Positions 25,193-38,695 of a stretch of DNA of 64,000 bases are shown here, one piece after another. The stretch is taken from assembly GCF_026210795.1 (NCBI RefSeq), contig NC_089433.1, positions 186,001-250,000 on the forward strand, in the 5' to 3' direction. The position numbers and the translations under genes were made by a program. The notes under the pieces are model-generated. The model worked only from the letters and a program-made list of their open reading frames with translations. It did not search any database and was not told where the DNA came from. This DNA is from Rhizophagus irregularis (lineage: Eukaryota). Positions within the stretch are counted from its first letter, which is position 1. Every line of letters begins with the position of its first letter.

Positions 25193-25236
25193 GGTAGAAA
25201 TATCGGTCATCCCGTAGGGGTGACCGATATGTTACC
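25193..25236. repeat. Hairpin core shared with the palindromic element at 53453-53535
   Basis: atatcggtcatccc-gta-ggggtgaccgatat, compared with atatcgtgtcacccc-ttca-gggtgaccgatat at the other site. Confidence 0.7.
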
Positions 25237-26225
25237 TTCTGTATTATTTATTATGCATGCCATGCCTAATTTTATAAAAAGTTTGATTTTTTAAATAATT
25301 AGCGTGTTATTTATATACATAACCAATATTTTTTATCCCACCCCTTTTACTGACAAAAATACGGTCTATCAAAAATAAAGTTTGAAGTCGCATAATATTG
25401 CGTACGTTAAATAGTCGCCATTTGAAAGTTTAAGAATTTCAATTTGGTTTTTAATTTGTCCATCAATGATTAATTATAATTCTTCATCAAAACATCTGAT
25501 AATCGGGACAAGTTAATTTCACTGATAAACGTTTTATTGACAGTCATTAACCGACAGTTCATTTTGCCAGTGCAAAGCTACTTTTAAAGAAAATTTAAAT
25601 TATTTTTTTCTAGTTTTTTGACTCATCACAGCTAAAAATACTAGTGGTAAAATGATTGTCGGGAAAATGTGTATCGGGAACAATAGGAGATCATGACCCC
25701 TTATGTTCTTAATTGTCGTTGAATTGAATGCGTCACCGAAAATCGATTACATATTACTAATTCAGAATATTAGAATAATAATTAACTGTCATTTGTTATT
25801 TACAGGGTTTCATGATAAGAAATGCACCGTAAATCAGTAACAAATTTTTAAAAAAATTTAGTAAAAAACAAACACAGATTATCATAAAGTAGTGTAATCA
25901 TGTGTTAATATCAATGTGAAAAAAATTCATTTTCAACTTGAAAGTCTATTTTACTTTATTAAATTCTCTTTTAGAATGGTAAAATTTATATTTAGGATTC
26001 TCATACGGAATTAATCTCGCAGATCTTAATCAAATATATTTAATTAACGAAGAATGTCATAATTACACAGATCTTACTAAATCTAATGTATTTTAATTTA
26101 AAGAAAAAGATGTGAAGTGAGATAAGATTGGCGTAACTTACATACCGTATATAACTTACGTTCAAAATTCTTCAAGCACAAATTATCTTAAAAAATTCTT
26201 TTTTATATAACCGTAACTTATCAAT

Positions 26226-28664
26226 ATGGCGTCTGTTTCATTAAACGAATGGATTAGTAAGAAGATAAAAGAAGGTGAAATAAGTTATTTAGATTATAGT
26301 GATCTTAGTGACCTGAGAATGATTGATAAAGAATCTGGCGTAAAAAGAGCTAATTGGGTATACGGTAGAGCTAAATTAGCATTAAAGGTTCTTATAAATA
26401 ATCCTACAATTAATGAAGATAATATGAACAAGTTACTTATTGAGGTATTTTATATAATCACATATTTGTCTTTTATTATTTATTATTCAAGTTAATATGA
26501 TTAATTTTTAAATTAATTATATCTAGTTAAATAATTTAATGAAAGTCAATTTTCATCCATGTATAAATACATTTTTTGGAATTACAAAAGGTTAATATTA
26601 ATGATTTTTAATAATGAAATTAATAAATAATATTCATTTAATAAAATTTATTATTTAAAATTATAGAACCATCATCAAATAATTATATGATGGCACTACA
26701 ATATGCTAACCAGGGAAATTTAAGAGATTATTTAAAAAGGAATTTTAGATTACTTCAATGGGCCGGTAAAATTAAGATGGCTTTGGATATTGCTCGTGGT
26801 TTAAAGTGCTTACATGCAAGAAATATTGTTCATAGAGATTTGGTAAGAATAAAATTGTTTTATTATTACTATTCTTTAAAAAAATTTTAATTTTCTACGT
26901 ATTAATTTGAATTCGTTACTTACATTATTATATATAGCATGCAAAAAACATATTAATTCACAAAAATAGATTAATGATTGCAGATCTCGGTTTATCGAAA
27001 CAATTAACTGTCGAAATTACATCAACTTCATATGTTGAACCACAATTCTTTACTGTTGCAAATTATGTAAGAAATAAGAAGTCTGATATCTACAGTTTAG
27101 GCGTTCTTTTATGGGAGATATCAAGTGGATATCCTCCCTTCTTAAAAATTCCATATTATTCTTTAATTTATAAAGTTTCAAATGGTCTTAGGGAAGAACC
27201 AATAAGTGATTCACCTCCTGAATATGTAGATCTTTATCAAAAATGTTGGGATGTTGACCCAAATATAAGACCAACTAGTGATGAAGTTGTTGATACATTG
27301 GAATATATTTTGTCAAATATTAAAGAAGATTCAAAGATTAAAGAAGATATGAATATTAGCGAAGATTCAAAGATTATAAAGAATACAGAATATACGAATA
27401 TTACTGAGGATCCAAATATTACGAATGATTCAAAGATAACAAATGATCCAATGATTAAAAATGATTTAATAGTTACAAATGATTCAAAGATTACACATAA
27501 TCAAATGATTACAGATGATTCAAAAATTACAAATAATTTAATGATTTCAGATGATTCAAAGGTTGCAAATGATCCAATGATTATAGATGATTCAAATGTT
27601 GCAAATGATTCAATTATTACGAATGATCCAAAGATTATTATTTCAAATGACTCAACGAATACAAATGATCCAATTATTACAAATGATTCAAAGATTACTG
27701 GAGATTCAAAGAAAGATGAAAAGCATGATCGTTCAGAATCATCACCATTACGTGAATATAAGATCAGTAAGTATATTTTCTTACATTGTCAAAAGTCTAT
27801 TAAGACATTATTATTAATATTACATTATTTATTATAGGTAAACCATTACCATTAGTTTTTAATAATATTGAAGATGAAAGTAGATTATTAAGTAGTATTT
27901 TAGATGAAATTGTTCAAGTTTATTTAGAATATAATAATATTGGATGGACAAATAATTTTGATTTTGATGAAGTTTTAGAAAAATATAAGTCAAAAGCACG
28001 AAAAATTTTTGATTATCTTATTGAAAATTCAAATATAAAGCATTATGAAGTGATAATTGGAAAGTTTTATAGAAAAGGGTTTGGAATTGATAGAAATGAT
28101 ATAATAGCATTCCAATGGTTTATGAAAGCGAATCAAAAGAATGATATGTGTGGTCATTATGAAGTTGGACATTGCTATTATAGTGGAAATGGTGTTACAG
28201 AAAGTAACGAAAATGCGTTTAGATATTATAAATTTGCTGCTAATAAAGGATTAAATATAGCTGTGGATTTTCTTGCAACTTGTTATGAATATGGTTATGG
28301 TACACAACAGGATAGCATTAAGGCATTTGAATTATATAAAATAGCTGCTAAAAATGGATTTATACCATCACAATATGAATTAGGTAGGTGCTTTAATTCT
28401 GGTAAAGGTGTTCAAAAAAGTTTGAAAAAAGCCTTAAAATGGTATAAGTTGTATCAAAAAAATAATGGAATTAGTGATGTATCGTCCAAGATTGAGGAAA
28501 TTGAAAAAGAATTGGTAAGATAAAATATATATAATTATATTTTTAATTTTTTAGATTACATGATACATGATAACATTATTAATGACTATTTAATTTAATA
28601 GGAACGAGGTTGGTTTAGAAGAGCTTTAAAAAAACCATCATCTGATTCGATTTTCAATTTATAA
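26226..28664 (+). CDS. Tyrosine-kinase-like protein kinase with low-complexity linker and C-terminal Sel1-like repeats
   Basis: Kinase motifs LALK, QYANQGNLRDYL, HRDLHAKN, IADLGLS, KSDIYSLGVLLWEISSG and CWDVDPNIRP. Sel1 motifs (AFQWFMKA, ELGRCF..GKGVQKSLKKALKWY). Six exons, approximately 26226-26444, 26527-26590, 26667-26842, 26938-27766, 27838-28514, 28602-28664. Confidence 0.85.
27326..27712 (+). repeat. Coding 18-bp minisatellite (NDSKIT/NDPMII hexapeptides)
   Basis: About 20 degenerate aatgattcaaagattaca-type units in the kinase-Sel1 linker. Confidence 0.85.
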
Positions 28665-29443
28665 AATACATAAAATTATAATTTTCTGAATTTTATCATT
28701 AAATACTATATATCTAATATATTAATTTAATTTCTAGTACTAATTTATAATTTGTCAAACATTTTTTTTTTTTTAAAAAAAAATAAAAAAGTATAATTTC
28801 AGCGTCATTATAATTTGGACAAGAGTGAAGTACTTTTATTATCTAATAAAGATTACAAACGTATCAAATATATGATTTCGATAGTACATTTCGAGATTCA
28901 AAATCCTCAAATTGAAAATCTCGATTTGTACAAAATCTTAACAATTAATTTTTCTCTCACTTCATTCTAATATACCAACTGTATGTTTAAAGCACGTTAA
29001 CCCATATTAGTATATTTATTTGTTTGAAAGTTGTATATTTCAATTGTATAAATTATAATAAAAACAATGCTTTTAATACTGTGCGTAATTGCATAATTAA
29101 TTATAAATGTTCATTCCATCCTTAATTACGAAAAATTATTTCTCTATTCCCACTAAATTTAATTGCTAAATCTCACCGCACCAGCATTAGCAAATATTAA
29201 CGGGCAGAGTTTCATAACATTTTTAATTCTGCCCAAAATTCTACCCTAATTCTGGTAAGGTGACAATCAGTATGTACTCTTTAATATTTTGCGAAAGTGA
29301 CAAAAATTAAATGAATAAACTAAAAAGTAAAATTTACTTTACTTAAAATGGCACCACTGAATTTGAATATTTTATTATTTATTTTTTGTAGGTTATTTAA
29401 GATTTTGATCTATCGGAATATTTAGGGTTGGATCGGGACCGAT

Positions 29444-29677
29444 AGGACCCAGAAATATATATAAAAGGGTCAGGTTTGAGTTTGCGTATTTTGAACTAAA
29501 AAAGTCATGAAAATCTTTCCTTTTTTAGATAATTTTTGATAATGCCAGTCAGACTTTTATTTCCTATTATAGTAACCGACTGGCATTATCATAATTCCGG
29601 CCCTGAAAAAATGCGTACAGCTCATAGTAAAAAATTTTTTTCATCACCTGACCCTTATATATATATTTCTGGGTCCT
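29444..29677. mobile_element. MITE with ~32-bp TIRs and 8-bp TSD (hAT-like by TSD length)
   Basis: TIR aggacccagaaatatatataaaagggtcaggt and its inverse (1 mismatch). TSD ggaccgat at 29436-29443 and 29678-29685. Internal perfect 13-bp inverted repeat at 29538-29550 and 29578-29590. Confidence 0.9.
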
Positions 29678-30025
29678 GGACCGATTATATAAATTTTCAT
29701 CTAATATAATTATATATTATTAATGAAGTTTTCATTTTTAATGATTAAAGCGCTAGAACGTTTTATTGATTTAGTGGAAGTGGTGTTTTATAATCGTAAA
29801 AACAAAGTTATAGTGGGAGATCATTATGCGGACTTCCCCCAGGGGCTTGTACGGCGATTTCCTAGTTAGTTCCATCCTTGGAGTAGAAGCGAGCGAGTGA
29901 CCGAAGGAAGCGACCGTATGCAGTAGGATCAAGGAGAAGCATGGTCTCCAATTCTTTGGCGAATTTTCTTTGACCCATTATTATGTAAATTAAAAAAGAG
30001 TGAAAATTATACAGCATATAATATG

Positions 30026-30502
30026 CCCTGTAAAAAAAGTGGTATCCGATCAAAATCTCGACAGTCACAACACAAGATCGACAACAAAATCTCGACAATC
30101 CAAAATCTCGGCAATCCAAAATCCCGACAAGTCATTATATCGACAATTTTGTGATGTTGTGTTCTAATAAAATAATTTGTTATATTTAGTTTAAATGTGT
30201 TATAATTTTGTCGGGATTTGACTTGTCAGGATTTTGACATAAGATATTGGATTGTCGAGATTTTGTTGTCGGTCTTGTGTCAGTCGCTCAAATGATTTTC
30301 GAGATTTCGTACCAAAACCAAAAAAGGTCGATCCATTTTTTTTATATTCCATTTTTTTTCCATAAAAGGCTCATATTTCCGGAATTAATAACCTTATATC
30401 ACGGAATTTATCGAATTATTTACATTTTTCCGTGAATGGATCCGTGAAAGGCTCATTTTTACGGAGTTTTTACAGAAATAACGGAAAAATTTTTTTATAG
30501 GA
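30026..30502. mobile_element. Non-autonomous DNA transposon (CCCT...AGG termini, possible 3-bp ATG TSD) interrupted by a MITE
   Basis: Termini ccctgtaaaaaaa and tttttttatagga, with atg on both flanks. The right half is closely similar to 56362-56493. Confidence 0.7.
30041..30319. mobile_element. Mutator-like MITE with aaaatc(t/c)cgaca subterminal repeats and 9-bp TSD
   Basis: Inverted arrays of aaaatctcgaca and tgtcgagatttt. Flanks aaaaaaagt (30032-30040) and aaaaaaggt (30320-30328). Confidence 0.8.
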
Positions 30503-30519
30503 ATGATATTTTCAGGGTG

Positions 30520-31942
30520 TATGAATAAACTATCAGAGAAAATTAATCCTAATTTAATTGAATTATATGGTATATGCTCTATTTTTTTTAAATTATGTGA
30601 TATTAAAGCTAATCCGGAAAAATATGAATTATTAGCTATAGGAAGGACAAATAGAGAGAATGAAGAGGAAGAGGATAATAGTATTCGTTAGATGGAGTTA
30701 AAATTAAAGTTAATAATAGTATAACAGGAGTGAATTTCTTGGAGTATGGATAAATAATAATGCATCTTTTAAATCTCATAATATTTATATAGAGAATTTA
30801 ATGAAAAAGGATGATAAATATAATGCGTTGGAAAAAGTCAACGGCAAAAAAATGTATATATTTATGGAATAATGTTGTGATTCCTATGGTTGAATATCAG
30901 CCTCAGTAAACAGTTTTAACCATTAAACATATCAGAAACAATAGAAATAATACTTGGTTAGTGGAGGCATTAAAAGTATTAGCGGATGATAATATAAAAT
31001 ATTTTGACCAAAGGGACATACTACTATAGACATAATAGAAGTTTCCGAAAAGCGTTAATAGTATTAAGTCAGTTAATTAATAGATGAAAATAATTGAATG
31101 AAAACTTGGAGTAGAGTAACGAATGAAGCGGGAAGAAGCAATAAAGGAAGAATTCCAAGTTGGTTTATGCAGTTAGTGTTTCTAGAGAAGTTTATAGTAG
31201 TTATGAGTTATTAAAAGAGGATATAGGAATGGAAAAAAGTTAAAAAATTATTGGGAAGAATTAGAGAATACATTCAAGGTTGATGATTTAGAATTGTTGT
31301 TACAAATTGATAATAGACTAAGCGTGATTAAAAGGATATTTAAATTTAGAAATTTTATAAAAGGATTAGAATATAAAGATAATGAGATTCTTCATATTTA
31401 TACAGATGCAGGTAAGAAGGATAATAATTGTGGTGTAGGATGGGTTATTTTAGACGAAAAAGGTGTAGAAATATATACGGACAATATGGGGTTTATGAGA
31501 AGTGGAATCAGTTGTTTTATACAAATAAGTTATCAACGCGACGTATATAATTATTTCGATTAACAAAGTTAAAAGTCATTATAGGAAATAATTAGCTGAT
31601 CAGTTATGTTGTTAGAAAACAAAGATCTCTTTAAATCAGAAGTTAAAATTAGTGACATATTGGAGAGGTTTATTGATTAATCAAAATCCTCGAGAATTTA
31701 TGAAAGAAGTGAATCAAATAAAATACAAAGCGGAATGGTCAGTGTTAGATATTAATCGATGTTCATATATTAGAGACGGATATAGATTGGGTATCGTCGA
31801 TGGAAATTATTATCTAAGATATCATGGTAGAATAATTGGTTGATAGTAATAGATCACTTTATTGAAATGATGTAATTACGTCTACATTATAATTAATTAT
31901 ATTGTATAATACTAATAAAGTTTTTTTTTTAAAAAAAAAAAA
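30520..31942 (+). mobile_element. Heavily deleted non-LTR retrotransposon (LINE) remnant: RT C-terminus and RNase H
   Basis: Fragments DIKANPEKYELL, FLGVWI, LWNNVVIPMVEYQ, KGRIPSWF, ILHIYTDAG...GVGWVI (RNase H) and KVKSH, with many stops and an A-run at the end. Confidence 0.7.
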
Positions 31943-32543
31943 TTTGGTATTTTGTAAAACAGCAATATCATTTGATTTCTCATTGGCGCTTTAAGAATGT
32001 TAAAGTACGAGAAAAAAAATTTTTCGTATATGCAATTATTTTGTGTTACATGATCGGGATTAGGATTTAGGACTATTATGCGTGACTACGCTTATATTTA
32101 AGATATCTCTCTTTCAAAATTCCTAATTTTTCTCGCCGCTATAAAGGTACTTCAAATAAGTATCTAATCCAGTTGTACGATCGGATTCTTTATTGAGCAA
32201 TGTCTGTTTATTATCTATTTTACTATCTACGTTATTAATTTCATAAATGCTGTATTGATACTTCCTTTGGAAAGTATAAAGTATGATCTTGAAGGAACTC
32301 GAAAAAATGACCCCAGAAGGGGTTCGAGTCACGCTGCTCGCACTGACTTATGATACTTCAGACATTATTAAGATCTCTGCCATTTGATAACTGAAATTCT
32401 GTAAATAATTCTTTTCGAAAATGCAAAAATATTATGGATGTGTTAGCCTTCTTGTCCTGACAGACTTAAGGATCTGGTTTTGCAGGACCAGGACCAAATT
32501 GGTCTAGAACAAAGTCCTAAATTGGTTCCGAGTCGATAGTCCA

Positions 32544-33060
32544 GGATGGGACTTTGCGCCGAAATCCATTTCGGCGAAGTCATTTTACCAAATGGACATT
32601 TCGCCGAAATATTATTTATTCCATTTGGTTATTTTATTGTTTTTATACTAAATACATAAAGAAATCTTTATTATTATCTAGAAAATTCTTGAAATATATG
32701 ATTTTTATTAAACTCATCTCGTTGTTTATAATACAATAATCTTTTTTTTACTTACTTTTTCGTGAATAAGTGTTTTCGGGAAAATAAAGTTATTTATTTA
32801 TTGCATAAATATTAATACCAGTTACTTGAATGTTAAAGTGATAATATCCTGGAGAAAAAAAAAGATATTTAAAAATAATTTATTTTTTTTATTTTTATTG
32901 CGCGTTGAATATTTTTTATAAAAATGTTAATCGTTACCATTTTCCATTCGGCGAAATGGAATTCGCGAAATAGACGATTCGATGAAATGGATTCGATAAA
33001 ATGCATTTAAAGTGAAACATCCTTTCGACGAAACTTCTCTTCGGCGATATGTAGCCGTCC
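32544..33060. mobile_element. Mutator-like MITE with TTCGGCGAAA subterminal repeats
   Basis: Imperfect TIRs ggatgggactttgcgccgaa and (rev-comp) ggacggctacatatcgccgaa. Degenerate 9-bp flanks gatagtcca/aggagtcca. It sits inside ggacc-rich repeat debris. Confidence 0.65.
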
Positions 33061-34089
33061 AGGAGTCCAGGACCAAGTGTTACCAACCAATTATAATACC
33101 GTAATAATAATATTAAATCTTTAATTGCATTTGATTGAATAAAAAAAAAATTTTACTAACAAAACGAATCGTTTAATTAAATCGCTTCATATTTTTTTAA
33201 TTTTTTCATACTTTTTTTCTTTTTTTGTCCGATCAGTTCTTGTGCCATTGATCCATCAAGATTGACCATTTATCAAGACCGGGACCTTTTCGGTTTTCTC
33301 TAATTGATCTTACAAATTATTGACAAATTTGATTTAAAAAATATGGTTGAATTCTTATTATTACGCAAGTCGGCTAAAAATTGGAAATCCCACATGACTA
33401 AAGAAATTAAGGAAACATTACTTTTATGGATAAATTTAGGTTAAAATTCTTATGAAACCGATCTATCATTATAGTATATATTTTAACTAGATATTCATCC
33501 CGACTCCAGGATCTCACCCTTCGGATAAACGGTAATTTCTTTTACAATTGAGTCTACTTGCCTAGCTGCGTGATTTTGGTTTGATTCCGCAAAATTATGG
33601 ACTGCATAACTCAGTATTTTTTGCTGAATATACATATCAAATTTTCGAATACTCAGATAAATATCACATCATACTATACAGTATAACAAATATTAAAATA
33701 TCCAAGAATATATCCGAAAATACTGTTCTTGAAATACTTTAAAATTTTAAACAAATTTTGTCGTGTAACACACATCAGCACAATACTGTAATGTTAGTGG
33801 TCAAATTTCGGATGATTTAAATTCAATGATGAAGTAACTCTGCGCAAATCATAAATAATTAAAATACTATATTTTGTTACTATACTATAGATTTTTGTAG
33901 TATTGCATAAAATTAACATAATTATATAGTATTAACCGGTAAATTATACTCTGCATCCTCTGTAGACTCAATTGTGAAAATATATACTCTCGGATGGATA
34001 AATGATGCTACAAAATTTGATTCGAGTTTAAGGTAATTAATTGAAAATATATAGTCACGTGATGAACGTATATCCAACAAAAATTACTT

Positions 34090-34590
34090 ACGCTCCGAAC
34101 ACTCCGTTATGAATTTCAATTTATTACTCTTTATTGTATTTATAAGCGAAGCATTGTATGCACATTCGCGCATAATTTCCTCAGCTTCTTAACCAAATCA
34201 GTTGGAATCTATGTATTAAATATATAATAGGATTACAGAAATTCCTTATTCTTTATTTACATTAAAAATTTATAGGGATTGATAAATAAAATTTACGGTC
34301 ATAATGATTGAAAATTTAAGATCTTATTTTTCCTACTTGGTTTTCCACTAATGCAGGTAATTCACAAGATAAAAGTTCAAGATTCTCATCGTACTTTAGA
34401 ACTGTTGGAATTTTATAATAACCTGAATATTGTTTCCAATCATTATGTGCCTTTATTTCACTTGGATTTGATTTATATGCAAACCTCTATACAGTATATA
34501 CAGTATATTAATAAAAAATTACCATTTAATTAAACACTTTAAAATTTGTAGACAACATTAATAATTTGCAGAATAAGTTGTCCCGAAATC
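34090..34590 (-). pseudogene. Degraded Hsp70-like (actin-like ATPase, HSPA12-type) gene fragment
   Basis: The minus strand reads DFGTTYS (~34590-34570), GFAYKSNPSEIKAHNDWKQYSGYYKIPTVLKYDENL and AEEIMRECAYNASLINT...LKFITE, disrupted by deletions and frameshifts. Confidence 0.6.
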
Positions 34591-37159
34591 TATTAAATTT
34601 TTTTAAATTCTTTAAAAAAAAAATTAAAAATTTTATCGTTTATAAAGTAAATATAGCTTCAATAAGAAAAAGCCATCATAATTTTAAAAACAAAGAATTT
34701 TGTTATCAAGAAACGAAAAATTAGCTCGCATTCCAGAACGTCACACCATGACCCATTTATATACTAGATCTAATACATAAAAAAAGTGTTATCGTTCTGA
34801 CGTAAGCTATTTGAAAAATATTATATTTGAATGTGTACACATAAAGGGCATTGTTTAAGGAATGAAAATCGGGTATCAGAAAAAAAATTATTTTTGCAGT
34901 TGACGATGATAATCAGGATTAACTTTGCTGATTTGCTTGCTTAATTAATACTTAGCCGGCATATTTATTTTTGATGTATCATACACAAGTAAATTTTTAT
35001 ATCTTCAAAGCATACGCAACCAAGAAAGGTATTATTGTGTATTTTATATCATTAGCAAAAATATGTCCTTTTTGGTACAAATAATGGATGTTGGGTACTC
35101 CTTGTTTCCTTTTTTCAGTTTAATAATAGTTTTAATATTGTCCCGAAAGTAATACAATAAAATAATTCAAATTTAAAGAAATAAATTATTTTTTTTTTTG
35201 AAAAATTTTCTGAAAATTAAACAATTTGTACCTGCAGAATGCATGTACATTATTATTAAAGTCGCTCCCTTTTTTTACTAAAAAAGATCATATTATTAAT
35301 AGTCTTTTAATTAAACAATTTGTAAAAAATAGTTATAATTTCAATGGTGTAGAATTACATACTTGCCGTATTTAAAAAACATAATCCCGGCCAACCAACA
35401 GGTATTTGGTATAGCTTAGCCATTTTTGGCCAATCCCTTTAAAACATAATTTATTTCAAATTGGCGTACAAATTTCATTTGTATGCGAGTGATCAGTAAA
35501 TATCACACTGTACAGTACAATATAATTAAATAAGCCTTTGTTTTCATTCATTTTTGAACATGCCAGAGTTATTCCGAGATTCTGAGATTCTGGTAAACTA
35601 AAATTAAATAAAAGGAATTTTATTAATCCGGGAAGATCGTGTCCAGAAAAAAAAATGAGATACTGCTTGCTCTTAAAAGGATCAGATGAGATCGGCATGT
35701 TTACATTATTTCGGTAATGAATCGGTTGTTAACAAACGTGTGACAGTCGATCATAATGATATATGTTAATGATAAAAATGAAGACGAAACATATGAGTTT
35801 ATTGTAAAATTACTAAACTTTGTCAATCAGTTAACTTTTCTTCAGGAAACCATTATATTTTGAATCTTTCCGTAATGTACATATAAGTTCGCTTTGTCAC
35901 ACAAATTAATACAAACGCTATTTATAATAAAATATTCAATTTATTATTAACATTCCTTTCTAAGAATTAAATGTTATGATGATTGTCAATGTTTATTAAC
36001 TGCTTTTCTATGATTGTGTTGAGTGTAATCTCTAGCTACCGGTTTTAATTTATTGTACGAAATGATCTGAATAACCTGATAAATTTTAAAATTTACTTTT
36101 ACAGGAGATTCTGAATTTAAGATTGATCATTAATTTTATTTATAACAATGAGGCATTCTTTTTTAATAATTACCTATCATGAATCGCCACATAATAATAT
36201 TTTTTTAAACAATCACCCATAATGAATCGCCACATAAAATTTCTCAGACCTCTAGCTATAAATATAAAAAAAATTAGCCACCAAGAGGCATAACTTCATA
36301 TGCACATTTAATATGAAATCTACATCTCGTGATCGGTAGATCACAATAAACATTTAATTTTGTCCACAAAAAAAATCAGTAACATGAATTAAGCGAAAAC
36401 TCGGTTAAATTCGGTAATTTATTCATTAATGATGAGGAATGGAAACTTGAGATAATAATAAATACAGTAATCATTTTTCAAGTTCTGGCTGTATCACAAC
36501 TCAAAGAAGACAATAATGATAATAAATTATTAATTATGATTTCTCGATTATCAAATTATTCAATAATTTTAATTGGTATCGTACTAGTAATCTGTGTGAC
36601 AGAGTATTATTACAAATATTTTACTCGTGTCAATGGTCTCTTTCCCATTGAAAAGTTGCCTCAATTAATTTGACATCGTGGAAATTTCAAAAAAATTTCG
36701 AATATAATCAAAAGAATTATATGGTGACATATTTGAAATCCAATTGACTTCTATATTTATAAATAGAATTGAATATAACGAAAAGTTTTTAACAGCTTCA
36801 GCAAAATATTTATATATTAAGAAAGTTTGCTGATTCTAATACAAACGGATATCAAGATTTAGGAGTTTTGGAAAAGAAATAGTATTAAATCAAGATTATC
36901 ATGTCATTTTTTACGCAAGCTGTTCTATTATAGCTAATCATAAACATTTCAACGAAAAGTTATTAAAATAAATTATATCTTAGTGAAGAAACTACCAAGG
37001 TAAATAAAAAAAATGTGACACTCATGTAAAATATTAGCAATTGCATTAATTATCATTTTATTTGATAATTATATAATACTTTATTCATTTACTAATGAAG
37101 TTTTTTTACTTAGATCACAGAAACTGTTATTATTGATATTGAAATGTTTTTCAGATGAA

Positions 37160-38636
37160 TTACTTTTCAATTACTTGAAATACTTCATAATCTTCTACTT
37201 CAAAATTTTCTGGAATTCCTATGTTTGGATAGTTATCACCATGGCCACGTTCTATATTAGACCAATTATTATTACAATTGTATAAATTACCCATAGTTGG
37301 ACCGTAACTATAACTATTCCAAACAGCTCGATCTTGTTTCTTAACATAACTGACTTTTGAAGTAGAAATATCTTTTCTATTTTTAAAATTAAAAATAAAG
37401 CTATCTGCTGTAGCATCCCAACGAGAACGACTTCCATTCCAATTAAGTGGATTATACCCTCCAATTAATTGTGTTGAATCTTTAATTTTTGCTATCCAAA
37501 TAGTAGCTCCTTTATTGTCACAATTTTTATGAAAAGATTTAGTATCAACTCCATCTTGACTTGAGCGATATAATAGCTTAAAATCGTAAGGAACATTTTT
37601 TCTATAATGTGATGAATCTTTTTTATCAATCCACGAAGCAAATAGAGGAATATGATTTGACTCAATCAATGTTGAATCAATTTGAAAATTTAATTTTTGT
37701 TTTCTTGAAGTTGGTAAACTGGTTTTAGGTTTCACATTAGGAACTATATGATATTCCAAAAGATCATGAATTAAATCTTGTGGTAAGATGTCTTTGTAAC
37801 AATAAACTTTGTAAAAGAAATCAGTAGGTTCAATATCATAGAATCGAATTAAAGGAATAAATCTATATAATTCACTTTCAACTCTTATAATATCATCTTT
37901 ATTCCAATTTGTTGGATCATCCTTAATATTTTGTTGGGTAAAACACCATTTTGATAAATACTCCCAAATTTCAATTTCATCTATATTTAAGTCATCTCTT
38001 TTTAATAATAATTCCAATAAAGGAGCTTTTAAATTAATAAAATTTTCAGAATTGAATAAAATTTTAGGCTCCTCACAAATTTTTTCAAGGCAAAAATTCC
38101 ATAAATCCGTAAATGTTTCATATTGATAAACAATTTCAAGAATTCCGGTTGGATTTTGTTGTAAAAATTCGGTTTGATGTTTAATCAAAAATTTTTGAAT
38201 GTGAGAAACTAATGAATTGATATTTAGTTCATTCACAGCTATCAATAACTTTAATACTTCAGAACCTTGTAAATTCTTCAATTCAATATTTCCACAATAA
38301 ATGAACCTAACAATATAATTAATAGTTAAATATTTTATAAATTTAGATGATTAAATTTATTAAACAATATATCTTTAGTTACCTAAGAATGATATTAAAT
38401 AATTGAGGTGAAATATTTGGTTTTCTAAAAATAAATTTTTCATCTCTTTTCTCGGTCCATTCATTAGAAAATGCAGTACGAAAATATTGAGACCTAGCAC
38501 ACAAAACATTTGAATGAGCATGAATTTCTTTAATATTTTGTTCTTCTCCAGCATAAATAATAACGTCATATCCAGTTTCCGTTTCAAAAAGTTTTTCGTA
38601 ATCGCTAGATAATTCTGCCCAAAATTTTGAAGACAT
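37160..38636 (-). CDS. BTB/POZ-BACK-TLDc domain protein
   Basis: Exon 1 (38636-38383) has YDVIIYAGE...HAHSNVLCARSQYFRTAFS. Exon 2 (38306-37160) has BACK (LLKRDDLNIDEIEIW) and TLDc (LLYRSSQDG..SFHKNCDNKGAT, IGGYNPLNW, VEDYEVFQV). Confidence 0.92.
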
Positions 38637-38695
38637 TGTTTATTGTAAATAGTAAGAAAAACAGTAAAATTTAAAGTTCGAAGTCGAATCCTTAA

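Noticed and set aside
27587..27817. MIQ-repeat ORF
   Set aside because: It is an alternate-frame reading of the 18-bp coding repeat in the kinase gene.
29980..30435. Two divergent ORFs both starting MDCRDF
   Set aside because: They are produced by the inverted subterminal repeats of the MITE and are not genes.
32300..32345. GGTTCGAGTC T-loop/B-box-like motif suggesting a tRNA
   Set aside because: No cloverleaf or acceptor stem can be formed. No tRNA was recognised anywhere in the window.
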